This document shows positions 8,956 through 17,314 of a DNA stretch of 64,000 nt, piece after piece. Location: assembly GCA_002395085.1 (NCBI GenBank), contig DGVV01000168.1, positions 60,840 to 124,839 on the forward strand, read 5' to 3'. How positions within the stretch are numbered: position 1 is the first letter of the stretch; each line of letters starts with the position of its first letter. Made by a program: the position numbers and the translations under genes. This DNA comes from Ruminococcus sp. UBA4275 (lineage in GTDB: Bacteria; Bacillota; Clostridia; Oscillospirales; Ruminococcaceae). The notes beneath the pieces were generated by a model. It searched no databases and was not told the DNA's origin. It saw nothing but the letters and a program-made list of their open reading frames with translations.

Positions 8956-9645
8956 TCAAGGCTCATAGATGTACTCGATTTCATCATAATCCAGATCGTA
9001 CACAGATAACGATACCACTTCCTCGCTGCCGACACCGTTCAGACCGTCGGCGTACACCGATATAGTGCATTCTTCATCGTATACGATTTCGCCAGATTTG
9101 TAAAATAGTATCTTAAACTGCGATGATGGTGAGATGCCATCAGCCGTCTGCCGGAGCGTGAGGCGCAGATCGTCACCGTCTCTGTCGTAGCTCACAAGCT
9201 CAACGGCATCATTTGTGCCTCGATCGCTTCTCTCCACGATCTGAGCAGTTTCTTCTTTTACGGCATCTGCCGGAATTTCAAAATCAAAATCGAATTTGAA
9301 AAAATTGGCCTTTCCAGTTTCAAGATTGATTTCACTTTCGGATTCACCAATTTTTTCACCGGTACTATCTTTCAAAATGACCTTCTTTATGATAGTTTCA
9401 TCAGCTTTCCCGGTGACCTTTTCGATCAGCGTAGACTTATACGATCCGTTGCTGTGCGTGCCGCTCTGGATCACCTTGAAACAGTCATCGGCTGATTTCT
9501 GCGCTTCCGGCTCGGATTGAGACACTTGCGGCGCCTGCTGCTGAGAAGCGATCTGCCGAGCCTTCTGTGAGCGTATAAATCCCACAGCAGCGAAGAGTGC
9601 CGCAAGGCACACGCACGCAGCAATAGTAATCCCCGCTTTCCTCAT
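8956..9645 (-). CDS. Membrane-anchored protein of unknown function between int and repressor
   Basis: 229 aa. N-terminal TM/signal anchor MRKAGITIAACVCLAALFAAVGFI followed by a soluble domain. AGGAGGTAG RBS. Confidence 0.7.
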   Translation of the reverse strand: MRKAGITIAACVCLAALFAAVGFIRSQKARQIASQQQAPQVSQSEPEAQKSADDCFKVIQSGTHSNGSYKSTLIEKVTGKADETIIKKVILKDSTGEKIGESESEINLETGKANFFKFDFDFEIPADAVKEETAQIVERSDRGTNDAVELVSYDRDGDDLRLTLRQTADGISPSSQFKILFYKSGEIVYDEECTISVYADGLNGVGSEEVVSLSVYDLDYDEIEYIYEP

Positions 9646-9657
9646 ACATCTACCTCC

Positions 9658-10305
9658 TCAAAATTCATGGAAAACGCCCTTGACGATGCCGACAACGCGG
9701 ATGCGCAGCACTTCCTCACCCTCGAAGCGACGCGGCGGATAGTACGGATTGATGCTTTGCAGCTCGATCCAGTCCGTGCCGTATACCACCCGCTTGACTA
9801 GGCCTTCCTCGCCGTCGAGCAGTACGACTGCGATGCTTCCGCTGTCCACACTCTCCTGCTTGTGGCACTGGATCAGGTCGCCGTCCTCAATTTTCGGGGA
9901 CATACTGTCCCCCGTAACTCTGATCGCGATTGTTTCTGCGGCTTCTGCGTCGCTGACGATCCGCAGCGGCATATAATCCACGATCTGCCCGTCTGCGTAT
10001 GCGCCGAAGCCGGCAGAAACGCTCTCGAAAACTGGTATCATCCGGAAACTATCATTGAAAACTGCGTTGATGTTGGATCCTTCGTCGATGCCCTTCAGGC
10101 CGTCCGTCTCCTCATCCAGCAGTGCGATCGGCGACACCCGCAGCGCCTCCGCGAGCTTCTGGATGCGGTCGCGTCTCATGTTGGAAATGTCACCGGATTC
10201 CCAGCGGCTGATAGATGCCTTGGACACGCCGACGCGCTGCGCGAGCTCGTCCTGTGTCATGCCGATCTGTTCGCGACGCATTGCGATTGCTAATCCTGTC
10301 TTCAT
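9658..10305 (-). CDS. CI/LexA-like phage repressor (XRE HTH plus S24 self-cleaving peptidase domain)
   Basis: HTH MTQDELAQRVGVSKASISRWESG. S24 motifs GDSMSP and LVKRV. The start was moved to ATG 10305, which follows AAGGGAG. Confidence 0.9.
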   Translation of the reverse strand: MKTGLAIAMRREQIGMTQDELAQRVGVSKASISRWESGDISNMRRDRIQKLAEALRVSPIALLDEETDGLKGIDEGSNINAVFNDSFRMIPVFESVSAGFGAYADGQIVDYMPLRIVSDAEAAETIAIRVTGDSMSPKIEDGDLIQCHKQESVDSGSIAVVLLDGEEGLVKRVVYGTDWIELQSINPYYPPRRFEGEEVLRIRVVGIVKGVFHEF

Positions 10306-10328
10306 TTCGATCACTCCCTTCTATCGTC

Positions 10329-10357
10329 ATTATAACACAGCGGTTGCAAAAATGCAA
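10329..10357 (-). promoter_or_regulatory. Leftward promoter for the repressor gene (PRM-like)
   Basis: On the minus strand: TTGCAT, 17 nt, TATAAT with an upstream TG. The -35 lies inside the palindrome 10343-10358. Confidence 0.55.
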
Positions 10358-10358
10358 C
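10343..10358. promoter_or_regulatory. Operator palindrome GTTGCA-AAAA-TGCAAC
   Basis: Perfect 16-bp palindrome in the switch region. Confidence 0.6.
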
Positions 10359-10363
10359 TATGT

Positions 10364-10383
10364 ATTTGTATATTTATACAAAT
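10364..10383. promoter_or_regulatory. AT-rich inverted repeat ATTTGTA-N6-TACAAAT
   Basis: A second, different inverted repeat lying between the two promoters. Confidence 0.4.
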
Positions 10384-10391
10384 GTTACGTT

Positions 10392-10411
10392 TTCGCAACA
10401 AAAGTTGCGAA
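10392..10411. promoter_or_regulatory. Operator palindrome TTCGCAAC-AAAA-GTTGCGAA
   Basis: Perfect 20-bp palindrome. It uses the same hexamer family as 10343-10358 but with the half-sites inverted. Confidence 0.6.
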
Positions 10412-10427
10412 AATGGGTTGACTTTTC

Positions 10428-10456
10428 GCAACAAACGTGCTATAATCGAATCATCG
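10428..10456 (+). promoter_or_regulatory. Rightward early promoter (PR-like)
   Basis: TTGACT, 17 nt, TATAAT. The spacer contains a CGCAAC half-site (10437-10442). Confidence 0.65.
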
Positions 10457-10496
10457 GTTACGGAAACGCAACCAAACAATTAAAAGGAGGGATCGC

Positions 10497-10748
10497 ATGA
10501 ACAAGATCGAGCTTGAGGTCGTTCTGCTGCGGAAGGGTAAGAGCATCGCCGAGCTGTCCGAGAAAATCGGCATGAACCGCGCGACATTTTACCGGAAGCT
10601 GCAAACCGGCAAGTTCGAGCGCTCCGAGATCATCCAGATCCGTGACGAGCTCGGACTAAGCGATGAGGAGATGCTCCTCATTTTTTTCAGCGGCGAAAGT
10701 TGCGTAAACGCAACAAACGCCGAGACGGCATCTGTGCAGGAGGTGTGA
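10497..10748 (+). CDS. Cro-like small HTH regulator
   Basis: 83 aa. HTH SIAELSEKIGMNRATFYRKLQTG. AAAGGAGGG RBS. Divergent from the repressor gene. Confidence 0.8.
   Translation: MNKIELEVVLLRKGKSIAELSEKIGMNRATFYRKLQTGKFERSEIIQIRDELGLSDEEMLLIFFSGESCVNATNAETASVQEV
10699..10714. promoter_or_regulatory. Distal operator-like palindrome GTTGCG-TAAA-CGCAAC inside the 3' end of the cro-like gene
   Basis: Perfect 16-bp palindrome with the same arrangement as 10343-10358, about 356 bp away. Confidence 0.5.
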
Positions 10749-10751
10749 GCC

Positions 10752-11030
10752 ATGGCACGTGCGCGTATAGTGCGGCAGAAAACGCCGGCGGAGTGCATCG
10801 GCGATATCCTGCGATCAGCGATGAGCGCGAAAGGCATTACCGCAGAACAGCTTGCAAAGGTCGTGGGGGTACACGCAAACACGGTGTACAGCGATCTGCA
10901 TGATCCGGATCGGATCCAGATGCGGCGCGTGTGGTTATACTTCACAGCGCTGGAGATCCCGGTGGACGATGCGTTGCTTGCGTTCGCTGACAGCTTCGCA
11001 CGGTCACTCGTTGCACGCGGAGGCAGCTGA
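10752..11030 (+). CDS. Small HTH protein (XRE-like)
   Basis: 92 aa. Contains GITAEQLAKVVGVHANTVYSDL. Confidence 0.7.
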   Translation: MARARIVRQKTPAECIGDILRSAMSAKGITAEQLAKVVGVHANTVYSDLHDPDRIQMRRVWLYFTALEIPVDDALLAFADSFARSLVARGGS

Positions 11031-11281
11031 TGAGACCACTGACACCATTTGAAAAGGTCTCCGGCGTCACTGTTTGCGTGATCGCAGTAGTCATCATCGT
11101 GCTGATGATTGCAGGCGGATTCAAAATCGCATCTGACGCAAAGATCAAAGAAGCGGAAAAGAGCGTAGAGAGGCGCGCAAGGCAGCTCGCACGGCAAATG
11201 GTGCGGGAAGCCCTGAAAAATGTCCGCATCGAAGTCACACAGCACATTGCTGTGATCGAGGATGATCTGAAAAAGGAGTGA
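11030..11281 (+). CDS. Small single-pass membrane protein
   Basis: 83 aa. TM segment VTVCVIAVVIIVLMIAGGF followed by a charged helix. The start overlaps the upstream stop (TGATG). Confidence 0.6.
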   Translation: MRPLTPFEKVSGVTVCVIAVVIIVLMIAGGFKIASDAKIKEAEKSVERRARQLARQMVREALKNVRIEVTQHIAVIEDDLKKE

Positions 11282-11285
11282 AAAA

Positions 11286-11660
11286 ATGAAGGGCCAGAAA
11301 ATCACGGATGAACAGGCTGCCGATATGTACCGCCTGTACACGGAAAGCAAGCTGACATACAAGAAAATCGCAGAGAAGTATGATGTCAGCATCCCGACGG
11401 TTGTCAAGGCGGTCTCGGCGCAGGAAGCTGCACACCGCTGGGATGATCCCGCGAGCGCACCGCTTGTCTGCGATCAGGAGAGCAAACCGACTGTACCGCA
11501 AAGCGTCGTGGATGCGATCAGCGACACAATCGCGCTGCTCAGCGTGGAAATCGACAACCGCGTGCTGAGTATCAAGGAACAGCAGCGCGAAGTCGAAAAT
11601 ATGCGCAGCCGTCTCGCAGAGCTGAAGAAGTGGAAGGAGGCGCAGCAGAGTGGCAGCTGA
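11286..11660 (+). CDS. HTH (sigma-r4/resolvase-like) plus coiled-coil protein
   Basis: 124 aa. Contains LTYKKIAEKYDVSIPTVVKAVS. Confidence 0.65.
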   Translation: MKGQKITDEQAADMYRLYTESKLTYKKIAEKYDVSIPTVVKAVSAQEAAHRWDDPASAPLVCDQESKPTVPQSVVDAISDTIALLSVEIDNRVLSIKEQQREVENMRSRLAELKKWKEAQQSGS

Positions 11661-12042
11661 GAAGATCACACTGGAAGCCGGCAAGACATACCGCAACAAA
11701 GGCGGAAGCCGTTTCCGCTGCATGAGCGTAAACCGGGACGGCAGTGCAGTCGTCTGCAACATCGAGAGTGGATGGACTTGCATCGCGCACAACACCGCAC
11801 AGTTCCCTACCGGCGAAATCGAATGGGGACACAGCACGGACGGCAGATTTGACACAGGCGCACATCTGCAAGCACAGATTGATATGCTGGACGATCTGCA
11901 CAACATCATCAGCTGCGCGGCTATGGAGTGCCCGTGCGTCAGCGCTGAGGGCATGGAGATGATTCAGACGCTGCTCGGCAAGCTCCACGTGGAACGATGG
12001 GCAAAGATGTGGCAGCGTGCAGCGGAAGGAGAAAGATCATGA
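11650..12042 (+). CDS. Hypothetical phage protein
   Basis: 130-aa ORF packed in the early operon. GTG start, which is uncertain. Confidence 0.5.
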   Translation: MAAEKITLEAGKTYRNKGGSRFRCMSVNRDGSAVVCNIESGWTCIAHNTAQFPTGEIEWGHSTDGRFDTGAHLQAQIDMLDDLHNIISCAAMECPCVSAEGMEMIQTLLGKLHVERWAKMWQRAAEGERS

Positions 12043-12353
12043 AGGCACTAAAAATCGCAGGAGTTGTCTCGCTGTGCGATGTGGGCGGAGATCTGAAATC
12101 GCTCCGGAGCAAGCTGCTCGGCGGAGACGTATCGACAATCGGCCTGATCGACGGCGGAGTCATGATCGTGGATGCAAACGGACAGCAGCACGGCAAGCCA
12201 TACAACCAGCTTGCAAGCCTGGTCGCGCACACAGCAGTCTACGGCATCGCACTGATCGTCGGCGCGGACGATGCGAACGACGAGTTTGACGATGTGCCGG
12301 GAAAGTATCTGGCACTGCTGAGCTGTGGAGATCAGGAAGATGCAGCACACTGA
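12039..12353 (+). CDS. DUF3846-like protein
   Basis: The start was moved to ATG 12039, which follows GGAAGGAG. The sequence MKALKIAG...GGDVSTIGL..GVMIVDANGQQHGKPYN...YGIALIVGADD resembles the DUF3846 pattern as I recall it. Confidence 0.65.
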   Translation: MKALKIAGVVSLCDVGGDLKSLRSKLLGGDVSTIGLIDGGVMIVDANGQQHGKPYNQLASLVAHTAVYGIALIVGADDANDEFDDVPGKYLALLSCGDQEDAAH

Positions 12354-13074
12354 AAATATTGCCGAGTGGAAGCGCCGGATCAAGGAGGATCAGGCGCGGC
12401 AGCGAGCCAAGGCGCTCAGATACAAACGCCCTGCACTAGCTTCGCTCGGATGGCACAGCATCCTGATCGAGCTGGAAACGATCGCGGAAGAATGCGACGA
12501 CATCCGCTGGATCGAGGAGAGCGGCGACATCACGAAGGAAGTGCTGAGCGGAGACGAGGACGATGGTGCAGGCTATCGCATGGACTTTGCGCAGCTCTCT
12601 GGAGACGCAAACCGGATGCTCTCCATTCTGTACGATGTGTGCGGCGATGAAGATGAAGACGGCAACACTGGATTTGACGATTGCACGGTCGCGCTGATCG
12701 GAAACCGCTTTGACTGCGTCGGGTATGACGACATCGAAATGGACTATTTTTCGCTGTGTCGGTATGAATCCGACCTCGCACAGCGCGAAAGCGCCAAACG
12801 CCTGATGCGCAAAACTAAGACGGACATGATCGCGACGATCGGACAGTGCGTCGGTATACTGCTGGCATTTTACGATCTGCGCCAGCGGTACGACTACGCA
12901 AAGGCGGCACTCGCAACAGCTACAGAGCACAATCTCGACACGCTCCGCACCGTGCGATCTGTCGAAGACGCATACAACGCATGGTGTGACGACGATTGCA
13001 GACTGTACAGTGATGCGTATGACCGGCTCAGCAGAGCCGCAGACGACCTTCCGGACGAAATCTGGATTGCATAA
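12340..13074 (+). CDS. Strongly acidic hypothetical protein
   Basis: About 245 aa and rich in D/E (SGDEDDGAGY, CGDEDEDGNTGFDDC). The start is uncertain (12325 GTG or 12340 ATG). Confidence 0.65.
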   Translation: MQHTENIAEWKRRIKEDQARQRAKALRYKRPALASLGWHSILIELETIAEECDDIRWIEESGDITKEVLSGDEDDGAGYRMDFAQLSGDANRMLSILYDVCGDEDEDGNTGFDDCTVALIGNRFDCVGYDDIEMDYFSLCRYESDLAQRESAKRLMRKTKTDMIATIGQCVGILLAFYDLRQRYDYAKAALATATEHNLDTLRTVRSVEDAYNAWCDDDCRLYSDAYDRLSRAADDLPDEIWIA

Positions 13075-13093
13075 ATTGCATAAGGAGGATCTA

Positions 13094-14869
13094 ATGCAGG
13101 TAAATGAACTGAATCTCGATGAGAAAACGCGGAAGCGGATCGACAAAATCGGCGCCGAGACTACCGATCAGCTGATCATCGCGATGTACCAGCCGGAAAG
13201 CTACAAGCTGATCTCTACGCCGGACATGAAGCGCGTCGAGCAGGCGCTGAAAGAAGCGGGGATTATCAAGTATGTCCGCGGCGACGAAGTCATCGAGGAC
13301 GACATCAAACAGAAGCCGTTGACATGGGACGAGCTGCACGACTATGTCGGAAAATTGGTTGTGTGCGATGACAGCACACAGTCTCACCGGTGGCTGCATC
13401 TGTGCTGGATTTACAGCATCAAGGATGACGGCCCCACAAGCCTGATGTACATCTGCCGCGACAATGCGTTCAGCAACACGCGGAGATCCAGCGTTGAAGA
13501 CAGCAACACGAAAACGGTTGCGCTTTACGGCAGCAATCTGCTGCATGAAGGCCATTTCTTCGCGCTGAAAGACGGCGTATGGCGGCTCGATCACCGCAAT
13601 GGCTTCGACACGGATTACGGCAAGGAGTACAACGGCGAGACAGACAGAGCATACTTCGGCAAGGAGCTGACATTCGACGAGCTGGCATCTCTCCCCGAAG
13701 GCACAAAGGTGCTCGTCTTCGACGAAGCAGACGAAACGAACGACGATGACGACATCGACGCAGTGCTGTACGAGACAGAGGGGCAGTATGAGGGATTCCC
13801 GTTTAAGGTCTGCCGAACAGATGAAAACGATGTACTCGATGAAATGGTGATCGGACCGACGAACATGAGCCCTTCAGACATCTACCTTTATACGCGCGTC
13901 TGGCTGTATAAAGACGCAAACACTGCGCAGCCGGGCGAGCAGGATGCACCCGCTGAGATCGTTCCGCAGATCACTGCACAGGTAGCCGTGCCGGATGAAT
14001 ATGCAAGAGCAGTCGCTCTGACACGTTCCATCATCGCAAACGCACAGGCAGCACAGCAGTCGCTTTTGGAGATGTGCAAAGGACTTGCTGAGATGCGGGA
14101 TGCCAAGCTGTACAAGGAGATCGGATACGGCACATTCGAGGACTACTGCGAGCAGGAGATTGGCATCACCCGCCGGCAGGGGCAGAAGTATGCAGCAATC
14201 GCGTCACTCGACGGGAAGTCAACTTCCGATTTTAAGCGCATCGGCGTGGAAAAACTGTATCTGCTGGCAAAGATCGACGATGAGCAGCGCGAGCAGATCA
14301 CTGAGACCGTTGACGTCGAGAGTGTGACCGTCCGCGAGCTGAAAGCGCAGATCAACGCGCTGAAGCACCAGAACGAACAGACCGAGTCAGCATTGCAGGA
14401 CGCTGAAGAACGCGCACAGAGATGGTGCGACAACGCCGAGGAAAGACGGCAGCGCATCGACGAGCTTGGCGGCAAGGTTGACAAGCAAAAAATGGAAGTC
14501 GAAAAGCTGAATGCGGAAGTTGCGAACAACAACAGGTACATCCAGCAGCTGCAAGAACGGAATCGCGGGAAGGATGCAGACATCGAACAGCTGCAAGCAC
14601 GCATCACAGAGCTGGAAAGCCGTCCGGTCGATGTCGCTGTGCAGGAAGACACCGCAAAGCTGGAAAAGCTCCGCACGGAGTACGAGAAGAAGCTCGCAGA
14701 GGCGAAGGAAGATGCAGAGTACCGTGAAATCATGGCGATGTGCAAGCTGGCACGCGATCAGGTCAGCACGCTTTGCACGAGGCTGCGCGGCATCCGTTCC
14801 GGCAAGGGAAAGGAAAGTCTGCTGAAATATGTCAGGGAAATCGGGCTGCTTATCGGGCAGCTCATGTAA
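13094..14869 (+). CDS. Phage DNA-binding protein (ParB/KorB-like HTH region) with a long C-terminal coiled coil
   Basis: The start was moved to ATG 13094, which follows AAGGAGG. The central segment is LYKEIGYGTFEDYCEQEIGITRRQGQKYAAIASL, followed by about 200 aa of heptad-like E/K/Q-rich sequence. Confidence 0.75.
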   Translation: MQVNELNLDEKTRKRIDKIGAETTDQLIIAMYQPESYKLISTPDMKRVEQALKEAGIIKYVRGDEVIEDDIKQKPLTWDELHDYVGKLVVCDDSTQSHRWLHLCWIYSIKDDGPTSLMYICRDNAFSNTRRSSVEDSNTKTVALYGSNLLHEGHFFALKDGVWRLDHRNGFDTDYGKEYNGETDRAYFGKELTFDELASLPEGTKVLVFDEADETNDDDDIDAVLYETEGQYEGFPFKVCRTDENDVLDEMVIGPTNMSPSDIYLYTRVWLYKDANTAQPGEQDAPAEIVPQITAQVAVPDEYARAVALTRSIIANAQAAQQSLLEMCKGLAEMRDAKLYKEIGYGTFEDYCEQEIGITRRQGQKYAAIASLDGKSTSDFKRIGVEKLYLLAKIDDEQREQITETVDVESVTVRELKAQINALKHQNEQTESALQDAEERAQRWCDNAEERRQRIDELGGKVDKQKMEVEKLNAEVANNNRYIQQLQERNRGKDADIEQLQARITELESRPVDVAVQEDTAKLEKLRTEYEKKLAEAKEDAEYREIMAMCKLARDQVSTLCTRLRGIRSGKGKESLLKYVREIGLLIGQLM

Positions 14870-14880
14870 GGAGGAAAATA

Positions 14881-16182
14881 ATGTCAGTCAAAATCGTATC
14901 TCTGGAGGCGCAGAACGTCAAGCGCCTGAAAGCCGTCGAGCTGACGCCGACGCAGGACGGTCTCAATCTGATCGGCGGAAAGAACGGGCAGGGCAAGACC
15001 AGCGTGCTCGACGCGATCGCGTGGGCGCTCGGCGGTGAGAAGTTTGCGCCGAGCAAGCCGAAGCGCGCGGAGTCCGTCACGGATCCGGTGATCCGCGTGA
15101 CGCTCTCCAATGGCTTTGTCGTGGAGCGCTCCGGCAAGAACGGCACGCTCAAGATCAAGGATCCTTCCGGCAAAAAGTCCGGGCAGAAGATCCTCGATGA
15201 ATTCATCGAAAAGCTGGCGCTGAACCTTCCGGCGTTTATGGAGATGAACGATAAGGAAAAAGCCAAGGTGCTGCTCCAAATTATCGGCGTAGGCGATCAG
15301 CTGTACGAGCTCGACACCAAATGCAGCACGCTCTACAACCGCCGGCTGGAGATTGGCAGAATCGCAGATCAGAAGGAAAAATTCGCGAAAGAGATGCCGG
15401 TATATCCGGATGCGCCGAAAGAGCCGGTCAGCGCGTCTGAACTGATCGCACAGCAGCAGGACATCCTTGCGCGGAACGGTCAGCGGCAGCAGTGGCAGCG
15501 TGAGATGCAGAGCATCGACATCGCGATCCAGAATGTCACCGCCGAGATTGCCCGCACCGAGCAGACACTCGCAAATCTCCGCGCCCAGCTCGCAGCATTG
15601 CAGGAGAAAGCCGATGCCGCGAAGAAGTCGCCGGAGGAGCTTGCAATGGAATCCACGGCAGAGCTGGAAGAACAGCTCCGAAGCATCGAGACGATCAATG
15701 CAAAGGTTCGCGCAAACATGGACCGCGAAAAGGCGGATCTCGATGCGGAAGCGTACCGGAAGCAGTACAACGACCTGACCAGTGAGATCGACGCACTCCG
15801 CGCTGACCGCATGGCACTGCTCAACGGCGCGGAGATGCCGCTGGAAGGCCTCAGCGTCGAGGAAGGCGTCCTCACCTACCACGGGCAGGCATGGGACAAT
15901 ATGAGCGGTGCAGAGCAGCTCAGATGCGCCGCTGCAATCGTTCGGAAACTGAATCCGGAATGCGGCTTCGTCCTGATGGACAAGCTCGAACAGATGGATC
16001 TCGACACGCTCCGCGAGTTCGGTGAATGGCTTGAAGCCGAGGGCTTGCAGGTGCTCGCGACCAGAGTAAGCACCGGCGAGGAATGCGCCGTCATCATCGA
16101 GGACGGCTACTCACACAGTAACGATACAGCGCCGGCAGCAGTGCCGGCAGAACCGAGGACATGGAAAGCAGGTGAATTTTAA
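14881..16182 (+). CDS. SMC/SbcC/RecF-like AAA ATPase (phage recombination module)
   Basis: The start was moved to ATG 14881, which follows TAAGGAGG. It has the P-loop GGKNGQGKTSVLDAI, a central coiled coil and the C-terminal segment LMDKLEQMD (Walker B-like). Confidence 0.85.
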   Translation: MSVKIVSLEAQNVKRLKAVELTPTQDGLNLIGGKNGQGKTSVLDAIAWALGGEKFAPSKPKRAESVTDPVIRVTLSNGFVVERSGKNGTLKIKDPSGKKSGQKILDEFIEKLALNLPAFMEMNDKEKAKVLLQIIGVGDQLYELDTKCSTLYNRRLEIGRIADQKEKFAKEMPVYPDAPKEPVSASELIAQQQDILARNGQRQQWQREMQSIDIAIQNVTAEIARTEQTLANLRAQLAALQEKADAAKKSPEELAMESTAELEEQLRSIETINAKVRANMDREKADLDAEAYRKQYNDLTSEIDALRADRMALLNGAEMPLEGLSVEEGVLTYHGQAWDNMSGAEQLRCAAAIVRKLNPECGFVLMDKLEQMDLDTLREFGEWLEAEGLQVLATRVSTGEECAVIIEDGYSHSNDTAPAAVPAEPRTWKAGEF

Positions 16183-17300
16183 TGAATATCACGAGAGGAA
16201 TTCAGAACAAGCCGATCAAGGCGGTGATCTACGGCCCGGAAGGCATCGGCAAGACTACTTTCGCAGCGCAATTCCCTGACCCGCTGTTTGTTGATGTCGA
16301 GGGCTCGACGACGCGCATGGACGTCGCCAGAACGGACACACCGACCAGCCTTGCGATGCTGCTCGGCATCCTCACTGAGATCCGCGACCATAATCCCGGA
16401 TGCAAGACGGTCGTCATCGACACTGCGGACTGGGCAGAACGTCTTTGCATCAAGACGGTGTGCGACAAGTACAAAAAGACCGGCATCGAGGAGTTTGGAT
16501 ACGGCAAAGGATACACATACGTCTACGAGGAGTTCGGCGGGATCCTGAATCTGCTCAACGACATCGCAGACCGCGGCGTGAATGTTGTGCTGACAGCACA
16601 CGCGGCGATCCGGAAGTTTGAGCAGCCCGACGAAATGGGCAGCTACGACCGCTGGGAGCTGAAAATGATCAACTCGCCGAAATGCAACGTCTGCGCGATG
16701 ATTAAGGAATGGGCTGATCTGGTGCTGTTTGCAAACTATAAGACCACCGTCATCTCCACTGACAAAGAGGGCAAGAAGAACAAAGCCAGGGGCGGACAGC
16801 GCGTCATGTACACAACGCATGATCCGTGCTGGGACGCAAAAAACCGTTTCGGGCTCGCCCCAGAGCTGCCGTTTGACTTCGCGCAGATCGCGCACATCTT
16901 CGGCGGCCAGCCGGCGCCGATCCATCAGACAGCGCCGCAGCAGACTCCGCCGCCTGCACAGCCGGTACAGCAAACCGCTCCGCAGCCTGTCCAGCAGCAA
17001 ACGGCTACGCCGGAAAAGACTCCGGCAGCACGGGCGATGGATAAGCTGCTGGAAGGATCCGAGCCGCTGGAAAGCATCGGCACGATCCCGGCGGGCATCA
17101 ATCCCGCACTCGCAGATCTGATGCGGCAGAACAACGTGTCCGAGGATGAGATCCGGCTTGCTGTCAGCATGAAAGGCTACTTCCCGTATGATATGCCGAT
17201 CACCGCATACCCGCCTGGCTTCGTACAGGGCGTTTTGATCGGTGCATGGCCGCAGGTCTTCGGCATGATCAAGGAAAATCGTGCCGTCCCGTTTGAATGA
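16182..17300 (+). CDS. Sak4-like RecA-family ATPase (AAA_24 type)
   Basis: P-loop IYGPEGIGKTTFA and Walker B VVIDTAD, with a Q/P-rich linker. Confidence 0.85.
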   Translation: MNITRGIQNKPIKAVIYGPEGIGKTTFAAQFPDPLFVDVEGSTTRMDVARTDTPTSLAMLLGILTEIRDHNPGCKTVVIDTADWAERLCIKTVCDKYKKTGIEEFGYGKGYTYVYEEFGGILNLLNDIADRGVNVVLTAHAAIRKFEQPDEMGSYDRWELKMINSPKCNVCAMIKEWADLVLFANYKTTVISTDKEGKKNKARGGQRVMYTTHDPCWDAKNRFGLAPELPFDFAQIAHIFGGQPAPIHQTAPQQTPPPAQPVQQTAPQPVQQQTATPEKTPAARAMDKLLEGSEPLESIGTIPAGINPALADLMRQNNVSEDEIRLAVSMKGYFPYDMPITAYPPGFVQGVLIGAWPQVFGMIKENRAVPFE

Positions 17301-17314
17301 AAAGGAGGTAAAGC

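Noticed and set aside
12986-13093. N-terminal extensions of many track ORFs (for example 12986, 14740, 22838, 26402, 26972, 31339, 42215, 48792, 53000 and 55044).
   Set aside because: An internal ATG or GTG preceded by a GGAGG-type RBS, positioned just after the upstream gene's stop, gives a far more plausible start. The extensions overlap upstream genes in other frames.
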